A stretch of 64,000 nucleotides of DNA from Podarcis tiliguerta. Taxonomy: Eukaryota. The translations under genes and the position numbers were made by a program. The notes under the pieces were generated by a model. That model was not told the DNA's origin. It made no database searches and saw only the letters and a list, made by a program, of their open reading frames with translations. Within the stretch, counting starts at the first letter, position 1. The number at the start of each line of letters is the position of its first letter. Shown piece after piece: positions 30,001 to 40,615 of the stretch. The DNA lies in the NCBI GenBank assembly GCA_965153285.1, contig OZ229110.1, one strand, 5' to 3'.

Positions 30001-31839
30001 TCAGCAAGCTTCACTTTTGTGGTTTGATACATGATACCATGTTATGATGAAGGCAAGTTGAACTTTTACAGCACAACTGTAAGCATGCTTTCTCAGAATT
30101 AAGGCCCACTGTGCTCCAAGATTTACTCCTAAGTAAGCAAAGGAATGCAGCCTTTGATTGGCTAAAAATAATCCCAGCCTTATATTCTACCCATTTAGAA
30201 AGACCTTTACTCAACAAGCTCAGGGGCAGAGGGCAACACATTGGACACAGCCAGGTCAATACTTCCTAAAATAAAAGCAAGAAGGATGTTTAAGTCAAGT
30301 AATATCCAGGAATATCTACAAAAAAACTTCAATGTGTTTGCTTACGCACAGTTCTTCCTCCAGAGAGTGCAATGGCATATATATATATATATGATCTGCT
30401 TTGAGTACTTGAAGGGATTTCTCCATAAAATAACCTCAAATATGAGGTCAATTGTTTAACTGATGAGTGTACAGGAAAATATTCATATGGATCACACACT
30501 TGAACATTTCCAAATTTTAAGGGAACTCCTCCTACCACATGCAGGAATAAGTGCATAAGCAATACAGGGGAACAAATTAAGAAATGTTCATTGTAGCTTA
30601 ATACTGCCTACTGCTGCAGAATGCTGCTTATTCTGCAAAACTTGATTTGCCTTCCTTTTCTAACTACTGTATGGGCAGATATCTATAAAAAATTTTTTAT
30701 CAAAAGTATAATTTGTACCCAGCATGGTTAGGAGCAGAATATTTATCCAAATATTGATCACATTTTAAAAAGAAACTTTGAGCCTACCTTTCAGGTGCTT
30801 CTTCTTTTAATATCGGACTATCACACGTATCTGTTTCCATAAAACCCAGAAAGTCATGATATGGGCTGATAGATTCTCTATCCAAATCTGTGTTACACAT
30901 TGCACTAAGTGATGTCTCTAAATCCCTCTGCTCTGGATCAAAAATTTCACCTTCAGTGAGATGTCTGTGATGGCTTGGAGAACTATTAACGCTACCTCCT
31001 TCCTGGTCTGAGCTACCATTTTGCTTCACATCACGCTGAAATCTACTGCTCAGGCCATCATCCCTGAACCCTTTAGCAAATGGGTTGTAGTCTATTTTCA
31101 GTTGTGTAATTTGTATGTTTTGATAGGCAGTCACAGCAAAGAACTCTGTCTGTGGGAAAATGAAGGTATGGACATCAGGACCATTTAGCTGAATAACTTC
31201 TGTGGCTTTGTCAGCAGGCACCAAGTGTAGCCGAGGTAGATAGCGGTGCATAGAGTGCAGAATGATATGCCCTTCCTGGTCCAAGGTATTGTTAGTAAGT
31301 TTGAGTTTGTAGAAAGAGACCGGTTGGTGCATCCAGTAACGGCCAGTAGAAGGTGATTCGGGGTGAATGAATACTCTTCCCAGCACATGGGGTTCTGCTT
31401 TCCCACTGGGCTCCCAACTATGGCCATTCCATTTATAGCGTAAGTTGTCAACAGGAGAAATATCCACAACCAAGATATACTTCAGCTTGGAGTCTAAGCC
31501 TGTTATCCAGTATCGACAGTATGGAAACATCCGCCTTCCCTGCTTAGTCAGAATCATTTCTGTGCCGCGATAGTAGAACTCATTCCACATATTGTTGTTG
31601 TCTAGGGTAACAGTAATGCTCCCTGAGGTGCAATCTGCTGGAAGACAGGTCTTCACTTTCGATTTTACAGGTGTTGCTATACTGCTAGCAAGGCCATTGT
31701 CCTCTTGATTTGAAACTAAGTCTCCTTGGTCAGCTTTTCCAGTGATCTGCGGCTGTTTCACGAGAACATAAAGAGCAGGTGCTGCATTGGGTGGTGTTCC
31801 ACCATCCTGGTTCCCCAACACAACTGGCCGATTCTCCAT
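1..31839 (-). CDS. MGA: MGA copy A, full-length MAX gene-associated protein (spliced; 3' end runs off window)
   Basis: 24 coding exons traced by hand with GT-AG sites and matching phases (9441 coding nt in window). T-box, AT-hook RGRP, Cys-rich DUF4801, bHLH-ZIP and C-terminal TDETLTSLLNEIAFLNQQL segment match vertebrate MGA. Confidence 0.96.
2544..2696 (-). CDS. MGA: MGA-A exon 24 (153 nt, symmetric phase 1)
   Basis: AAG|GT ATT ... TCA G|GTAAAC; encodes GIASVMIQLPGSAVPVEVKGILPNSTVPITLSAV. Weak AAG acceptor, possibly a cassette exon. Confidence 0.75.
3082..3252 (-). CDS. MGA: MGA-A exon 23
   Basis: TTGTAG|GG ... CCAG|GTAAGG; ASLVMTANGQVLAFKSPL resembles MGA. Confidence 0.88.
3697..3936 (-). 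CDS. MGA: MGA-A exon 22
   Basis: GKTQEVVLKKLEYIYAKQ...KPLILSRK; 240 nt, GT-AG. Confidence 0.92.
4213..4324 (-). CDS. MGA: MGA-A exon 21 (helix 2/leucine zipper)
   Basis: ALEEIQGLTDQADKLLGQKNLLMRKQDTLIRKVSALSG; 112 nt, GT-AG. Confidence 0.94.
5160..5345 (-). CDS. MGA: MGA-A exon 20 (basic region, helix 1, loop)
   Basis: YRETHTANERRRRKEMRRLFEKLKVTLGL; TTTTTAG|CCA ... CAG|GTTGGT. Confidence 0.94.
5784..6014. mobile_element. Non-autonomous Tc1/mariner-type (pogo/Tigger-like) MITE
   Basis: Ends CAGTGGACACTCGGG...CCTGAGGTATGACTG with TA on the left flank; inverted sister copy at 53484-53742. Confidence 0.75.
6498..6537 (-). CDS. MGA: MGA-A exon 19 (40 nt)
   Basis: TTTTGTCTTGCAG|G AAC ... AAG|GTAGAT; phase 2 to 0 bridges exons 18 and 20; similar to B exon 46930-46978. 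Confidence 0.8.
6960..7084 (-). CDS. MGA: MGA-A exon 18
   Basis: SEENVDIETVEELTEQMNIARLKATAAH; GT-AG. Confidence 0.92.
8589..10603 (-). CDS. MGA: MGA-A exon 17 (2015 nt)
   Basis: GSVVEIRLPSPSK...QAGTLTMRISP...LQSGSFALLQVPGQK...EKTDDSADE; ACAG|GA and CTG|GTGAGT. Confidence 0.93.
11365..11643 (-). CDS. MGA: MGA-A exon 16
   Basis: GPQLLLIPV...NLYRHPNGQIIQLVPLHQ...MLRNPG; GT-AG. Confidence 0.9.
11967..12009. repeat. (AC)n microsatellite
   Basis: About 21 perfect AC units. Confidence 0.97.
12467..13006 (-). CDS. MGA: MGA-A exon 15
   Basis: AARPLLHNVASQLVISAVGALHQKVPG...GLSGINKSP; GT-AG, phase 1-1. Confidence 0.9.
13334..13631 (-). CDS. MGA: MGA-A exon 14
   Basis: VNGKKYPQAKLLLGQMGALHPANRLAAYITGRLRP, a conserved MGA block; GT-AG. 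Confidence 0.93.
15138..15640 (-). CDS. MGA: MGA-A exon 13
   Basis: TKLIEIVSDCNWEEDRNEIL...KGLPFYAGLSPAGKL; GT-AG. Confidence 0.93.
16871..16925 (-). CDS. MGA: MGA-A exon 12 (55 nt)
   Basis: TTCCCAG|GAG CAT...EPQPLDLEDDKEPR G|GTAAAA; phase 0 to 1 fits both neighbours. Confidence 0.82.
17404..17658. mobile_element. Non-autonomous hAT-type DNA transposon (MITE)
   Basis: Perfect 8-bp target-site duplication TTCTACAG (17396-17403 and 17659-17666); imperfect CAGGGGT...ACCCATG termini. Confidence 0.85.
17968..18111 (-). CDS. MGA: MGA-A exon 11
   Basis: IREEDKDPVYLYFESMMTCARVRIYDRKK; 144 nt, GT-AG. Confidence 0.93.
18801..19042 (-). CDS. MGA: MGA-A exon 10
   Basis: TICGTEPEKPVKNFPLWVKVDGEMDPEPVYIPTPS...PRPNPV|GTAAGC. 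Confidence 0.92.
19537..19891 (-). CDS. MGA: MGA-A exon 9 (Cys-rich DUF4801 region)
   Basis: RRAPPCNNDFCRLGCVCSSLALEKRQPTHCRKPDCMFGCACLKRK; GT-AG. Confidence 0.94.
20290..21050 (+). mobile_element. Interspersed repeat, probably derived from an RTE-clade LINE 5' region
   Basis: GC-richer intronic block containing TAGGAGAAGGAAAACTCTGATCCTAAACC, a motif I associate with RTE-type elements; contains a 73-bp tandem duplication. Family assignment is from memory. Confidence 0.5.
21354..22003 (-). CDS. MGA: MGA-A exon 8
   Basis: SLKNRSAFCSDKLDEYLENEGKLME...KPRTYITEERADLSLSTLLTAQ|GTGAGT. Confidence 0.94.
22603..22701 (-). CDS. MGA: MGA-A exon 7
   Basis: TGLPFVSRTGKTNDFTKIKGWRGKL; 99 nt, GT-AG. Confidence 0.93.
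23123..23254 (-). CDS. MGA: MGA-A exon 6
   Basis: VGLKLNLVDPTMSIDLKYLGVQLPL; 132 nt, GT-AG. Confidence 0.93.
23340..23432 (-). CDS. MGA: MGA-A exon 5
   Basis: QLESELLEELKSYKYKQVIHPSLRE; 93 nt, GT-AG. Confidence 0.9.
24359..24500 (-). CDS. MGA: MGA-A exon 4
   Basis: EALDIHNVD...; 142 nt with an internal 48-nt duplication; TTTAG|GAA and CCAG|GTAATA. Confidence 0.87.
25330..26281 (-). CDS. MGA: MGA-A exon 3 (AT-hook)
   Basis: VVVKEEP...GVAKAKMLKLDSGKLPVVYL...PRKRGRPRK...DVKPDLEDVDGVLFVSFASK|GTAATT. Confidence 0.94.
28600..29350 (-). mobile_element. Old degenerate LINE fragment (L2-like)
   Basis: Decayed motifs such as ATAGAGCTGGGTATCT and CAGGAAGTTACTAGAG resemble antisense L2 ORF2 remnants; boundaries approximate. 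Confidence 0.4.
30788..31839 (-). CDS. MGA: MGA-A exon 2, coding part (T-box domain)
   Basis: MENRPVVLGNQDGG...TEMILTKQGRRMFP...AVTAYQN...NPFAKGFRD; acceptor CTCCAG at 31902, donor AG|GTAGGC. Confidence 0.97.
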
Positions 31840-32904
31840 TATGGACTGAAATTTCTCCAAAGATTTCACAATACAGGCAAATTTTTCTTCATGTTCTTCA
31901 TTCTGGAGGGGGAGGTCAATGAAATATGTAACATCCATGTAATGTGAGCAAGACATTGTACATGATAAATGATCCCTTCAGAAGTAATCAAAGTGACAGT
32001 CATTACACGTAAAACAATACATTGCTACTGTCAGCTTTCACAATGATTTTTATAAAATTTCACCACTTGGCAAATGTAGATTCATGGCAGAGGTAAGAAT
32101 TTTAAATGAGATTTTCATTTCAAATTATGGGGCAATTAATTCAAAGGTCAACAAACAACACAATAACAAAAAATATTTAGAAGTAACCACAGAAGCAAAA
32201 ATAGTGGCTGATGTCTAACTGTGGTGTCCTACTTGTGCAACAAACTTTTGCTTGTACAAACTGGGCTTTCCCTTCTTTTCCTACCCAACCCCCAGCACAG
32301 CAAAAATTACACCTGGGATGCTCCAAAGCAGCAGAAGAAAAACATGAGTTCTTTGAGGAAAGATGTGATAACAAAACAGGGTTGTGCTGCTACCTAAACA
32401 TTAGCAGCAATTGCATCTGAAAATGTGTGTATAACCTAGCCAACCATTTCACCTGAACTGTATCACAAAATATGATTTTTACTCTGGCACTGTAGAACTT
32501 TAGAGCAGCATTACTATTAAATCACATAACTGGTATTCTAAATGCATGAAATTAACCTTAAGGAACAAGTTACTGATCGCAATCTTAAATTTGTTTTAAA
32601 GATTAAGGCATAAAGAACAATGTAACATACATTCTAAGGAATTATTCTGAGCTAGTTTGGAAAGTATCAATGATCTACTTAGTACAAGAAATGTAATAGT
32701 GTAGCAATTTTCCATTTGTTGAAATTTGTTAGTACATCAACACTAATATAAAACAAAATATTTACTCTAGAACAAATCCATTCAACTCCACCAATTGTAT
32801 TCCAGAGAAAGATGGCTCTAGGCTGTATTTACTGCCACTATCAGAGCTCTGTCACACACAACTGCAGAATCCACCAACCCTAAAGTACTTGTTATATTGT
32901 TTCC

Positions 32905-33095
32905 AACCTGGAAAACCGGTGTTCAAATCCCTACTCAACCATGAAGCTCACTGGCTGACCTTGGGCCAGTCACTACGTCTCAGCCTAACCTGCCTCATAG
33001 GGTTGTTGTGAGAGTAACATGGAGGTGAAATAATGTACACCACCTTGGGTGCCTTAAAAGAAAGGTGGGGTAAAAATGTTGTATTAATAAATTCT
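32905..33095 (+). mobile_element. Older tRNA-derived SINE fragment (Squam3-like)
   Basis: B-box-like GTTCAAATCC followed by GACCTTGGGCCAGTCAC...CTCAGCCTAACC...GGGTTGTTGTGAG core. Confidence 0.65.
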
Positions 33096-33659
33096 AAAAT
33101 GTTGGGGTGGGAGACTGTACATTAGATCTATACAAAAATGTATAGATTTTATCTATTTTATAAACATTTGTAAAATGAGCTTAAAATACAGCATGTCAAG
33201 CGCTGTACACACACAACACATGACCAACCACTGTGATGGAGTTTGCAAACACAGTCACAAGGCTTAAACAACGTTGCTAAAGTTTGTTCATATTTTACTT
33301 CCTACACTGGGGTTGTCTGGGATTAATACTGGCTTGCCGATAAATCATAACAACAACATTCACACTTTGAATCTTTCCTCTCCTCCATTAAGCAATAATG
33401 AATGGCGGGGAGAGGGGAGAATTGAAGAATGTTTTGCCTTTCAGAAATGACGTATGAGCCAGAATATAACTTCCATGCGAACATTTCACACCTGTCAAAA
33501 TGAACCTAAACGCGATTATCCTGGAAGTAAGCGTTACTTACTTCCTAGTAAAGGGCTGCGGCGTTACGGAGGTTTGCACAGGACTCGCCAACACCATCAA
33601 GTCTGTGCGAAAGCGCAATCGAGGTCCTTGCCCGTGTTTGTTGACATTTCAACCTGAAA

Positions 33660-35290
33660 GCTCCCGGGCAGTCACGTGCTCCCGTAGGAAGCGACCCGCA
33701 GGAATCCCGTCAGGATCGCCCTCCGAGGCGAAGCCCCGTCTCCGCTTCCCCACTCTGCCCTAAGCGCAGCTTCGCAAGCCGCCAGCCGAAGGAACATATG
33801 CTACCAACATGGACGGCGAAACCGCCATAACGCTGCCGAGTGCGAGGGGCGGGGGAGGAAAGAGAAAGAGAGGGAAAGCGGCGGAGGTAGCGAGCGGGGC
33901 GAAAGTCAAAAAGGCCCCGAAGCTTCCCAAACTGGGCGGCCTCCTCGGGAGCTCGGCATGCACGTGCCCGACCCGAAGAGCAAGGGGCGCAGCGCCCCAC
34001 CGGCCCCCGGCGCGGCTGGACGCGAGCCGAAGCCTCCCATCCCGAAGTCGCCCGGGATCCGCCTCGCCCTCGCCTTCTGCCTCGGCGCAGCCGCTTACCC
34101 GGGAACAGCGCAGCCGCAGCGCAGCTTCACACGGCACGCGGAGGCGCCTCGAACTCCCAGCCCCCGCGTGGCGCCGAGGAGCCTCCCTGACACGCGAGGA
34201 GCCGCGCGCGCGCGCCGCCTCAGAGTTCCCGCCCCTCCTCCTCCTCCTCGGCTTCGATCCCGCCCGCTCACTCGCTCACGGCCTCCCACGAAGGGGTGTC
34301 GAGTTTCTCAGCTGGCAGGTGGTGTGCGGGACACGCGGAAAACTGCGCTCGAGTCACTTCTGGGGCACGCGCGCGAGCGAGCGCGCGGGTAAATAAGAGC
34401 GAGGCGTTCCCCTTCCCCGCCAGTTACCGTGAGATTGTGAGCAGGGCGGGTAGAAACCCCTCACCCCTCCTCCTCCTCCTTCTATGTTCACAGTCAAAAA
34501 TCGTGTTACCCGACGGACAGAACGTGCGCACGCACCCATGTGACGTCGCCGGCGCGCCTCGAGCGGCGCACGCGCCGTGCGGGCCCGCGCACCTCCTCCT
34601 CCTACTCGCCTGCAGGCTGTCACGTGCCCGCGGCTCGCCTCTCTCTCTGTCTCTCCTCTGCCCCCTCCCTCCCGTCCTGTTCCCTTTCGCGCTTGCCCGG
34701 CGAAGCTGCGCCTGAGGTAGCTCGCGGCTACGGGAATGAACTTCCGCGCCTTTTTCCCCGCTCCTCCCCCTTCAACTGTCGTCCCAAAAACGCACACGCT
34801 CCCTGACGAGCGGAGGTCGGTTGTTTTACGCTGCTCGTGCTTCCGAGGCCCTCCCTGGAGCCCTGCCCCCCCCCCCACCTCGGACGTTCACTCGAGGCTC
34901 TTGGGAGCACAGCGTACCCGGCCCGCCGCTGCCCACGACGCCCGGCTCGGCCCTTCCTGCCCTCCGCTCCAGTAGAGGGTTGGCACTATGGCGGGCGCCC
35001 TCGGGCCTTGCGCCAGCCTCTCACGGGTCGCCGTGGGAAAGCGCGCGTGTCGGGCTCCCTCGGAAGAATCTGAGGAGGGACGCCGAGCTGAGGCCAGTTA
35101 GTCGCGGCGGCCGCCGGACGAACCGCCCCGCATTTCTGGCTGCGCGCTTCCTGCTCCTCTCGCTAAGGCAGGGCTGCTCTTTGTTCGTGGCGCGTGAAAG
35201 CCACGCGAGGATTTCCCTTGCCCGCGCGCCAAGGCGCTCGTGCTCTGAATGAAGGGCGCCTCGTCGTGCCCACGCAAGTCCTGCATCTCT
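33660..35290 (-). promoter_or_regulatory. CpG island / promoter of MGA-A
   Basis: About 1.6 kb very GC- and CpG-rich block upstream of the first coding exon, with GC boxes, E-boxes, CRE-like TGACGTCG (34541) and NRF1-like GCGCACGCGC (34566). Confidence 0.9.
34099..34300 (-). other. MGA: Candidate non-coding first exon of MGA-A (5' end uncertain)
   Basis: Strong donor CGG|GTAAGC at 34099/34098 inside the CpG island. Exon 2 carries an acceptor upstream of the ATG, so an upstream non-coding exon is required. Confidence 0.5.
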
Positions 35291-35942
35291 GAAGGATCTC
35301 CTCGAACCGGTTCAGATGCTGCCTTCCTTCCTTCCTTTTTATTTATTTATTCCGTTTCTTACCCGCCCTTCACGATAACGCCTCAGGGCGGGTTGCAGCA
35401 CCCACGGACTTGAACGAGCTCTATTGTCCATAATGTTCCAGTTCTTCGATATCCAGAAACGAAAACCTCTTTGCAATCCCGTTATCTTTTTCGGCTCAGA
35501 GCATAAAGGGCACCCAGATATTAGCCAGGAAACAATGAATGTTAAAGGGAAGAGGCATTACATGTTCCTTGCGCTATTGATTTATTTAAAATAAATCTTC
35601 CCTAGTTTTTTTAATGGTGTGATGATTTTATTATTGTTTGCTTTTTTTGTTTTTGTTTTACTGTCATCAGTTGCCTGGGGCATATTAACATGAAAAGGCA
35701 AATTTAATCATAAATAAAAATATAGATACCAAATACTAACCCGGTTGCTACATTCTAGGCCAATTTAATTTTCCAAGCTGCCCTCAAGAGCAACCCCAAA
35801 TAGAGCATAGTGCAGTAGTCAAGATTTTAGACCTCTTTCCAGGAAGCTGGTATATCAGCCAAAATTGATAGAATGTGCTCCTGACTAGCCTTCGCATGGC
35901 CATCTAGGAGAGGGCCTTGATTTGGGGAGGTGTGACCCCCAC

Positions 35943-36378
35943 CCAGTGTAGGGCAACCAAAATGATCAAGGGACTAGGAACCAAGCCTTATAAGGAAGAG
36001 TTGAAGGAGCTGGATATGTTAAGCCTGGAGAAGAGGATACTGAGAGGAGATAGCCATCTTCATCTCAAGGGCTGTCACATGGAAGAGGAAACAAACTTGT
36101 TTTCTCCTGCTTTGTAGGGTAGGACTCAAACCAATGGCTTCAAGTTATAAGAAAGGAGATTCCAACTAAACATCAGGAAGATGACAGTAAGAGCTGTTTG
36201 ACAGTGAAACAGTCTCCCTTTGGAGGTGTGGACTATTCTTCCTTGGATGTTTTTTTTTGCAGAAGGTTGGATAGCCATCTGTCATGGGTGCTTTCTATAG
36301 CTGAGATTCCTGCACTGCAGGGGGGTGAATTAGATGACTCTCAGGGTTCCTCCCAATCCTACAATTCTATGATTCTAA
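35943..36378 (+). mobile_element. CR1 LINE 3' fragment
   Basis: Decayed ORF2 C-terminus (RATKMIKGL...LKELDMLSLEKRILRGD) followed by an ATTCTATG-type tail. Confidence 0.88.
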
Positions 36379-36533
36379 GTGTACTAGCTAAGGGGTCATG
36401 GATATGAAGAATGTGTAGTCAGATCCAGGTGACAGTCCTAGAAGATCTGCAGTAGAATGTTTGGCCCCCAGTGACACTAGACCCCCTTTTCAGATTAATT
36501 GCTTCAGAGTATCTGCTGTATACCCCCCCCCCC

Positions 36534-36847
36534 AGGACTTGCCGATCAGAAGGTTGGCGGTTCGAATCCCCGTGATGGGGTGAGTTCCTGTTGCTTGGTC
36601 CCTGCTCCTGCCAACCTAGCAGTTTGAAAGCACGTCAAAGTGCAAGTAGATAAATAGGTACTGCTCCGGCAGAAAGATAAACGGCATTTCCCTGCGCTGC
36701 TCTGGTTCGCCAGAAGCGGCTTAGTCATGCTGGCTACATGACCCGGAAGCTGTACGCCAGCTCCCTCGGCCAATAAAGCGAGATGAGTGCTGCAACCCCA
36801 GTTGGTCACAACTGGACCTAATGGTCAGGGGTCCCTTTACCTTTTTA
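36534..36847 (+). mobile_element. Sauria SINE
   Basis: GGTTCGAATCCC B box, GTGCAAGTAGATAAATAGGTAC core and CCCTTTACCTTT tail. Confidence 0.92.
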
Positions 36848-39800
36848 TCTGGTGTTTGCCCCCCCCCCCCGATTCTTCAGAATTGCAAAAAACAGAAACC
36901 TCTGCACAAGCAAGCCACATAATTTTTTTTAATGTGGTTTGCTTGCGCAGTTCTCTGGTTTTGTTCAAATCTCAGGGATCTATCTTTAGGATTGCTCAGG
37001 AAAATGTTACAAACATGGGTGGAAATAAGCTGAAAACATTGAGGAAGTACTGGATGTGGAAAGAGGAATAACCAAAAATAAAATTTATTCACCTACCCCA
37101 AAAATCATCTGTGTCCCCAAGTGGGGTGACCTGGAGCCCAATTTATTGGATTATCCTTGTATTGGCTAAACTTGGAATTCAAAGAAGCATCAGGATTAGT
37201 GTTGTTTGAGGGTGGCATGTGGATTATGGAAATTAAATGGGAATGCAAATCCTCCTAATTGAGCTACCACCTAAACCCAAGGCATCTTCCCCTGAGGATG
37301 GAGTTGGATCCCTAAGTCATGACAAACTGTCTTGAAAAAGTGTCCAGGAAATAGATTTTGAATCTGAAACGCACAATTGTGTCTTGAACATGCACTCCAA
37401 TATTCATTCCATTATCTGATTTGCATTGTGTTTTGCACTCTTGCTGGTTTAAAAATGGAAGGTATGGATCAAGTTGAACGTTTCCTGAGCAGGCATGCCA
37501 CCTTCCATTCTCATGTTTCACTCATCAAGAGATCTATCATGTTGCTGTTATATGAGAACAAGTAAGGATGTTCAGTTTTCTGGCAACTATAGCTTCCCAA
37601 ATTAATTTTGTGAACTTAAGGAAGCCTCCAATCCTGGAATCTTAGGCACTTTGGAATCTGGTCTACATACACTAATCATGGAAATCTAGCATTTTTATGC
37701 TGAATCTAAAGAAGTTTTTGAGTTGCAATCCTTGAATAAATCCTTTTGAGCACAGTGAAACTTAACAACATGCATAAGATTGTGCATATTATAGACTTTT
37801 CTATTTCATTTGCTTCTAGCATTTTTATTTGAGGCCATTTGGAGTACACAATAAATTACTTGTTGCCATTTAGAAAACTTCCCGCAGTTTAGAAATACGC
37901 TGTTTGTAACACACCAAGCCAAAACCCATAGTTTAATAAACTAGGATATGTACGATTGACATGCACCCGTATACAGCCTCCCATCCTGCTGCTGCACTCC
38001 CTTTACGTTAGTGACAAAACAAGGATTCAACACCTATCCAAGTTTCCCATTATTTACAGACCTAGAAAAACAAGCTACGATAGTCTTATCCTGTCTTATT
38101 TTGGTGCTCAAATGAAGACAGGTTCATAGCAGCAAGAGAAGAGCTGCCTGCAGGTGTGCACCACTAGTGTAAATCCTGGATCAAGTCAGGATTTTTGGCT
38201 TAGTCTTACAAACACAGTGAATAGGAGAGGCAGTACCAACTAAGAGACCTAAAAACACTTTTGAAGGTTTCTTGTCTCAGCAGTTGCAGATGTGACAATG
38301 TGTTCTCTTTAAAAATAGTATTCTCCTACATGAGTGTTTTTCTCATCTATGCAGGGAGTTCAGTGTCTGTGACTTTGTCTGAGAGGCTGCCCAACTGCAA
38401 GAGTACACCACACTGGAGCATGACTGGACGATGGCCAAATGTCAAACTTCACCTCACAGGTTGTATGGCTCAAGCTGTGTGTAGTCAGGATAAAACCATT
38501 TTGAATACTTTATGCACATCCAAATGAAACGTATAGAATGTAACAGTGGTTTTTAAACTCTGCCACACATTTCTTATCCCTAGATCATGTACTTGTTTAC
38601 AGTGTGTGTTAATATGAATCTTCCCTTAGGTGGCTTACACTTCACCTTGTCCTATCCTCAGGATTTAAAACGTATCACATTGCTCTCCTGAAACTAATCT
38701 AGCTGTATAAAGATATATTTTATAAAAAAAATATCAATGCTTAGAATCATCCAAACATCAACAGTGTGTAACTTTTAGTCAAGGTGCTTACTTTCTCTTC
38801 TCACCTTTGTGATTTCTAAAACTCATGAAATTCCATGGCTGTACCCTTTTTAAGCTCTATTAGAGTTCTAAATCAAGACTTTAAAGAGTGTTTCAGCCTT
38901 TTTAAGTGACTCTCAAATGTACACAATATCTCTTTCAATATCTATGCAGTTTTCCCTCATTTTATTCAATTGTAAACACCTTTGACATATTAAAGTAACT
39001 TTAAGATAGCCATATTCACAATTACAGCACTGTCTACCCCCAGAACTTTAAAAGTTGCTTTCAGTACGGTACTTTTTAAATTGAATTAGCAATGTAGTTC
39101 CAGTGCTGTACAAGTAGAGTTCCTTTTTTAAAGAAAGGACTGGTTAGTCCAAAACGTTCTCAGGTGCCAATTTTTAAAAAAAAATCTGAACACCTGACTC
39201 TGAACATCTGAACACTGAGAGCCTGCAACTGTGTCCATCTAAGTTAGTACACTGGATCAATAGTAGTTGATAAAAAGACTACTATTTTACTAAAATACAT
39301 ACATTTCGCTTCCAGGACTCTCTTTACTGTATGTCCCATGGTCACTAATGCTAATGTATACCATGTATGCAAACTCCTCCCCTACAGTGTCTAGACAATG
39401 TGATGCCTGCAACTTTTGCACTAGGCAGGCAACATGCCTATCACCAACCCCTTATGAAGTCTCACACCTCTCAAAGGATATGTGGTTATTCAATCATCAG
39501 GAATCTAAACAGAATGTTTAACAGTAAAGACAACAGAATGAGACCCAAGCTATATGTTATGCTAAGTAGTATGAAGTTCTGCTCTGCCTGAATGGAATGT
39601 TCTTTGCAAGGTGTCCTTACATTTGGACTGGCAGCTGAGGCTTGAGGCTAGCAGTGGCTTCCCCCACATGCTCATGGGAAGGGAAAACCATAACACTCAT
39701 CCTCAGCTGAGGGAAGGCACTGGCAGAGTTCTTGCTCCTTTTGCTTGTATTGCTAACAGATAATGGAAGGAATAAGAATCTCAGCTCATCACAGCCACCT

Positions 39801-40298
39801 TCCTATGAACAATAAACTGCTTAGAATAAGGTAAGCTTGAAATGGCTCCTGTAGAGCAGGAATGACAAGAGAGAAGGGGGTTTCTCTGGTCATTCCTGCT
39901 AGTGAAGATAGCTAGTGGAAGGGGCCCTTTGTGCAATGAGGCACCTATGGGCACAATGGTCTTTCCCATGGTGCTTCTGTGCCCCCCAACTCACAGCCCC
40001 TTAATCATGAGATTGTGAGGGTAATTCTTTCTCCAATCCAAAGTACAAAGAGCTGAAGGAGGGCTGACAAGTGATGCTCTTTCCAGCTCTGAGCTTCATA
40101 AGGCACAAATTCTACTAGTTCCATCTTTTACCCAAATCCCTCTAAAAAGTGAAGCATGTGATATGCACATGGTTTCTCTGTCTCTCAAGTGACCAGTGTG
40201 CGCGCTCCTACAGCACTTGCTAAAATGGCCATGGGTCTAAAAACATGGGTGCCCCCCCCAAGTGTTTGATGCAAGCAGAACTGAACTATTTACATAAT

Positions 40299-40615
40299 AA
40301 GGTAAAGGTAAATGACCCCTGGACAGTTAAGCCCAGTCAAAGGTGCAGTGCCCATCTCGCTTCAGGCCAAGGAAGCTGGCATTTGTCCATAGACCGCTTT
40401 CCTGGTAATGTGGCCAGCATGACTAAACTGCTTCTGGCACAACAGAACACCACTTCGGGAGTCAGAGCACACAGAAACGCCGTTTACCTTCCCACCACAG
40501 TGGTACCTATTTATCTACTTGCACTGGCATGCTTTCGAACTGCTAGGCTGGCAGAAGCTGAGATAGAGCAACAGGCGCTCACTCCATCGTGCGGATTCGA
40601 ACAGATGACCTTTCG
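40299..40615 (-). mobile_element. Sauria SINE
   Basis: Reverse-complement tail AAGGTAAAGGTAAA, core GTACCTATTTATCTACTTGCAC and GGATTCGAAC B box. Confidence 0.9.

Noticed and set aside
31840-31956. N-terminal extension of the T-box ORF (MSCSHY...)
   Set aside because: The ORF-track start lies upstream of the acceptor at 31902, in intron; the homologous start is Met at 31839.
33700-35290. Many overlapping 60-195 aa ORFs on both strands
   Set aside because: Arg/Ala/Pro/Gly-rich products expected from stop-codon depletion in a CpG island; no recognisable domain.
35928-35935. Second T-box site AGGTGTGA upstream of the CpG island
   Set aside because: Sits at the edge of a CR1 fragment; a single 8-mer is expected by chance in 64 kb.
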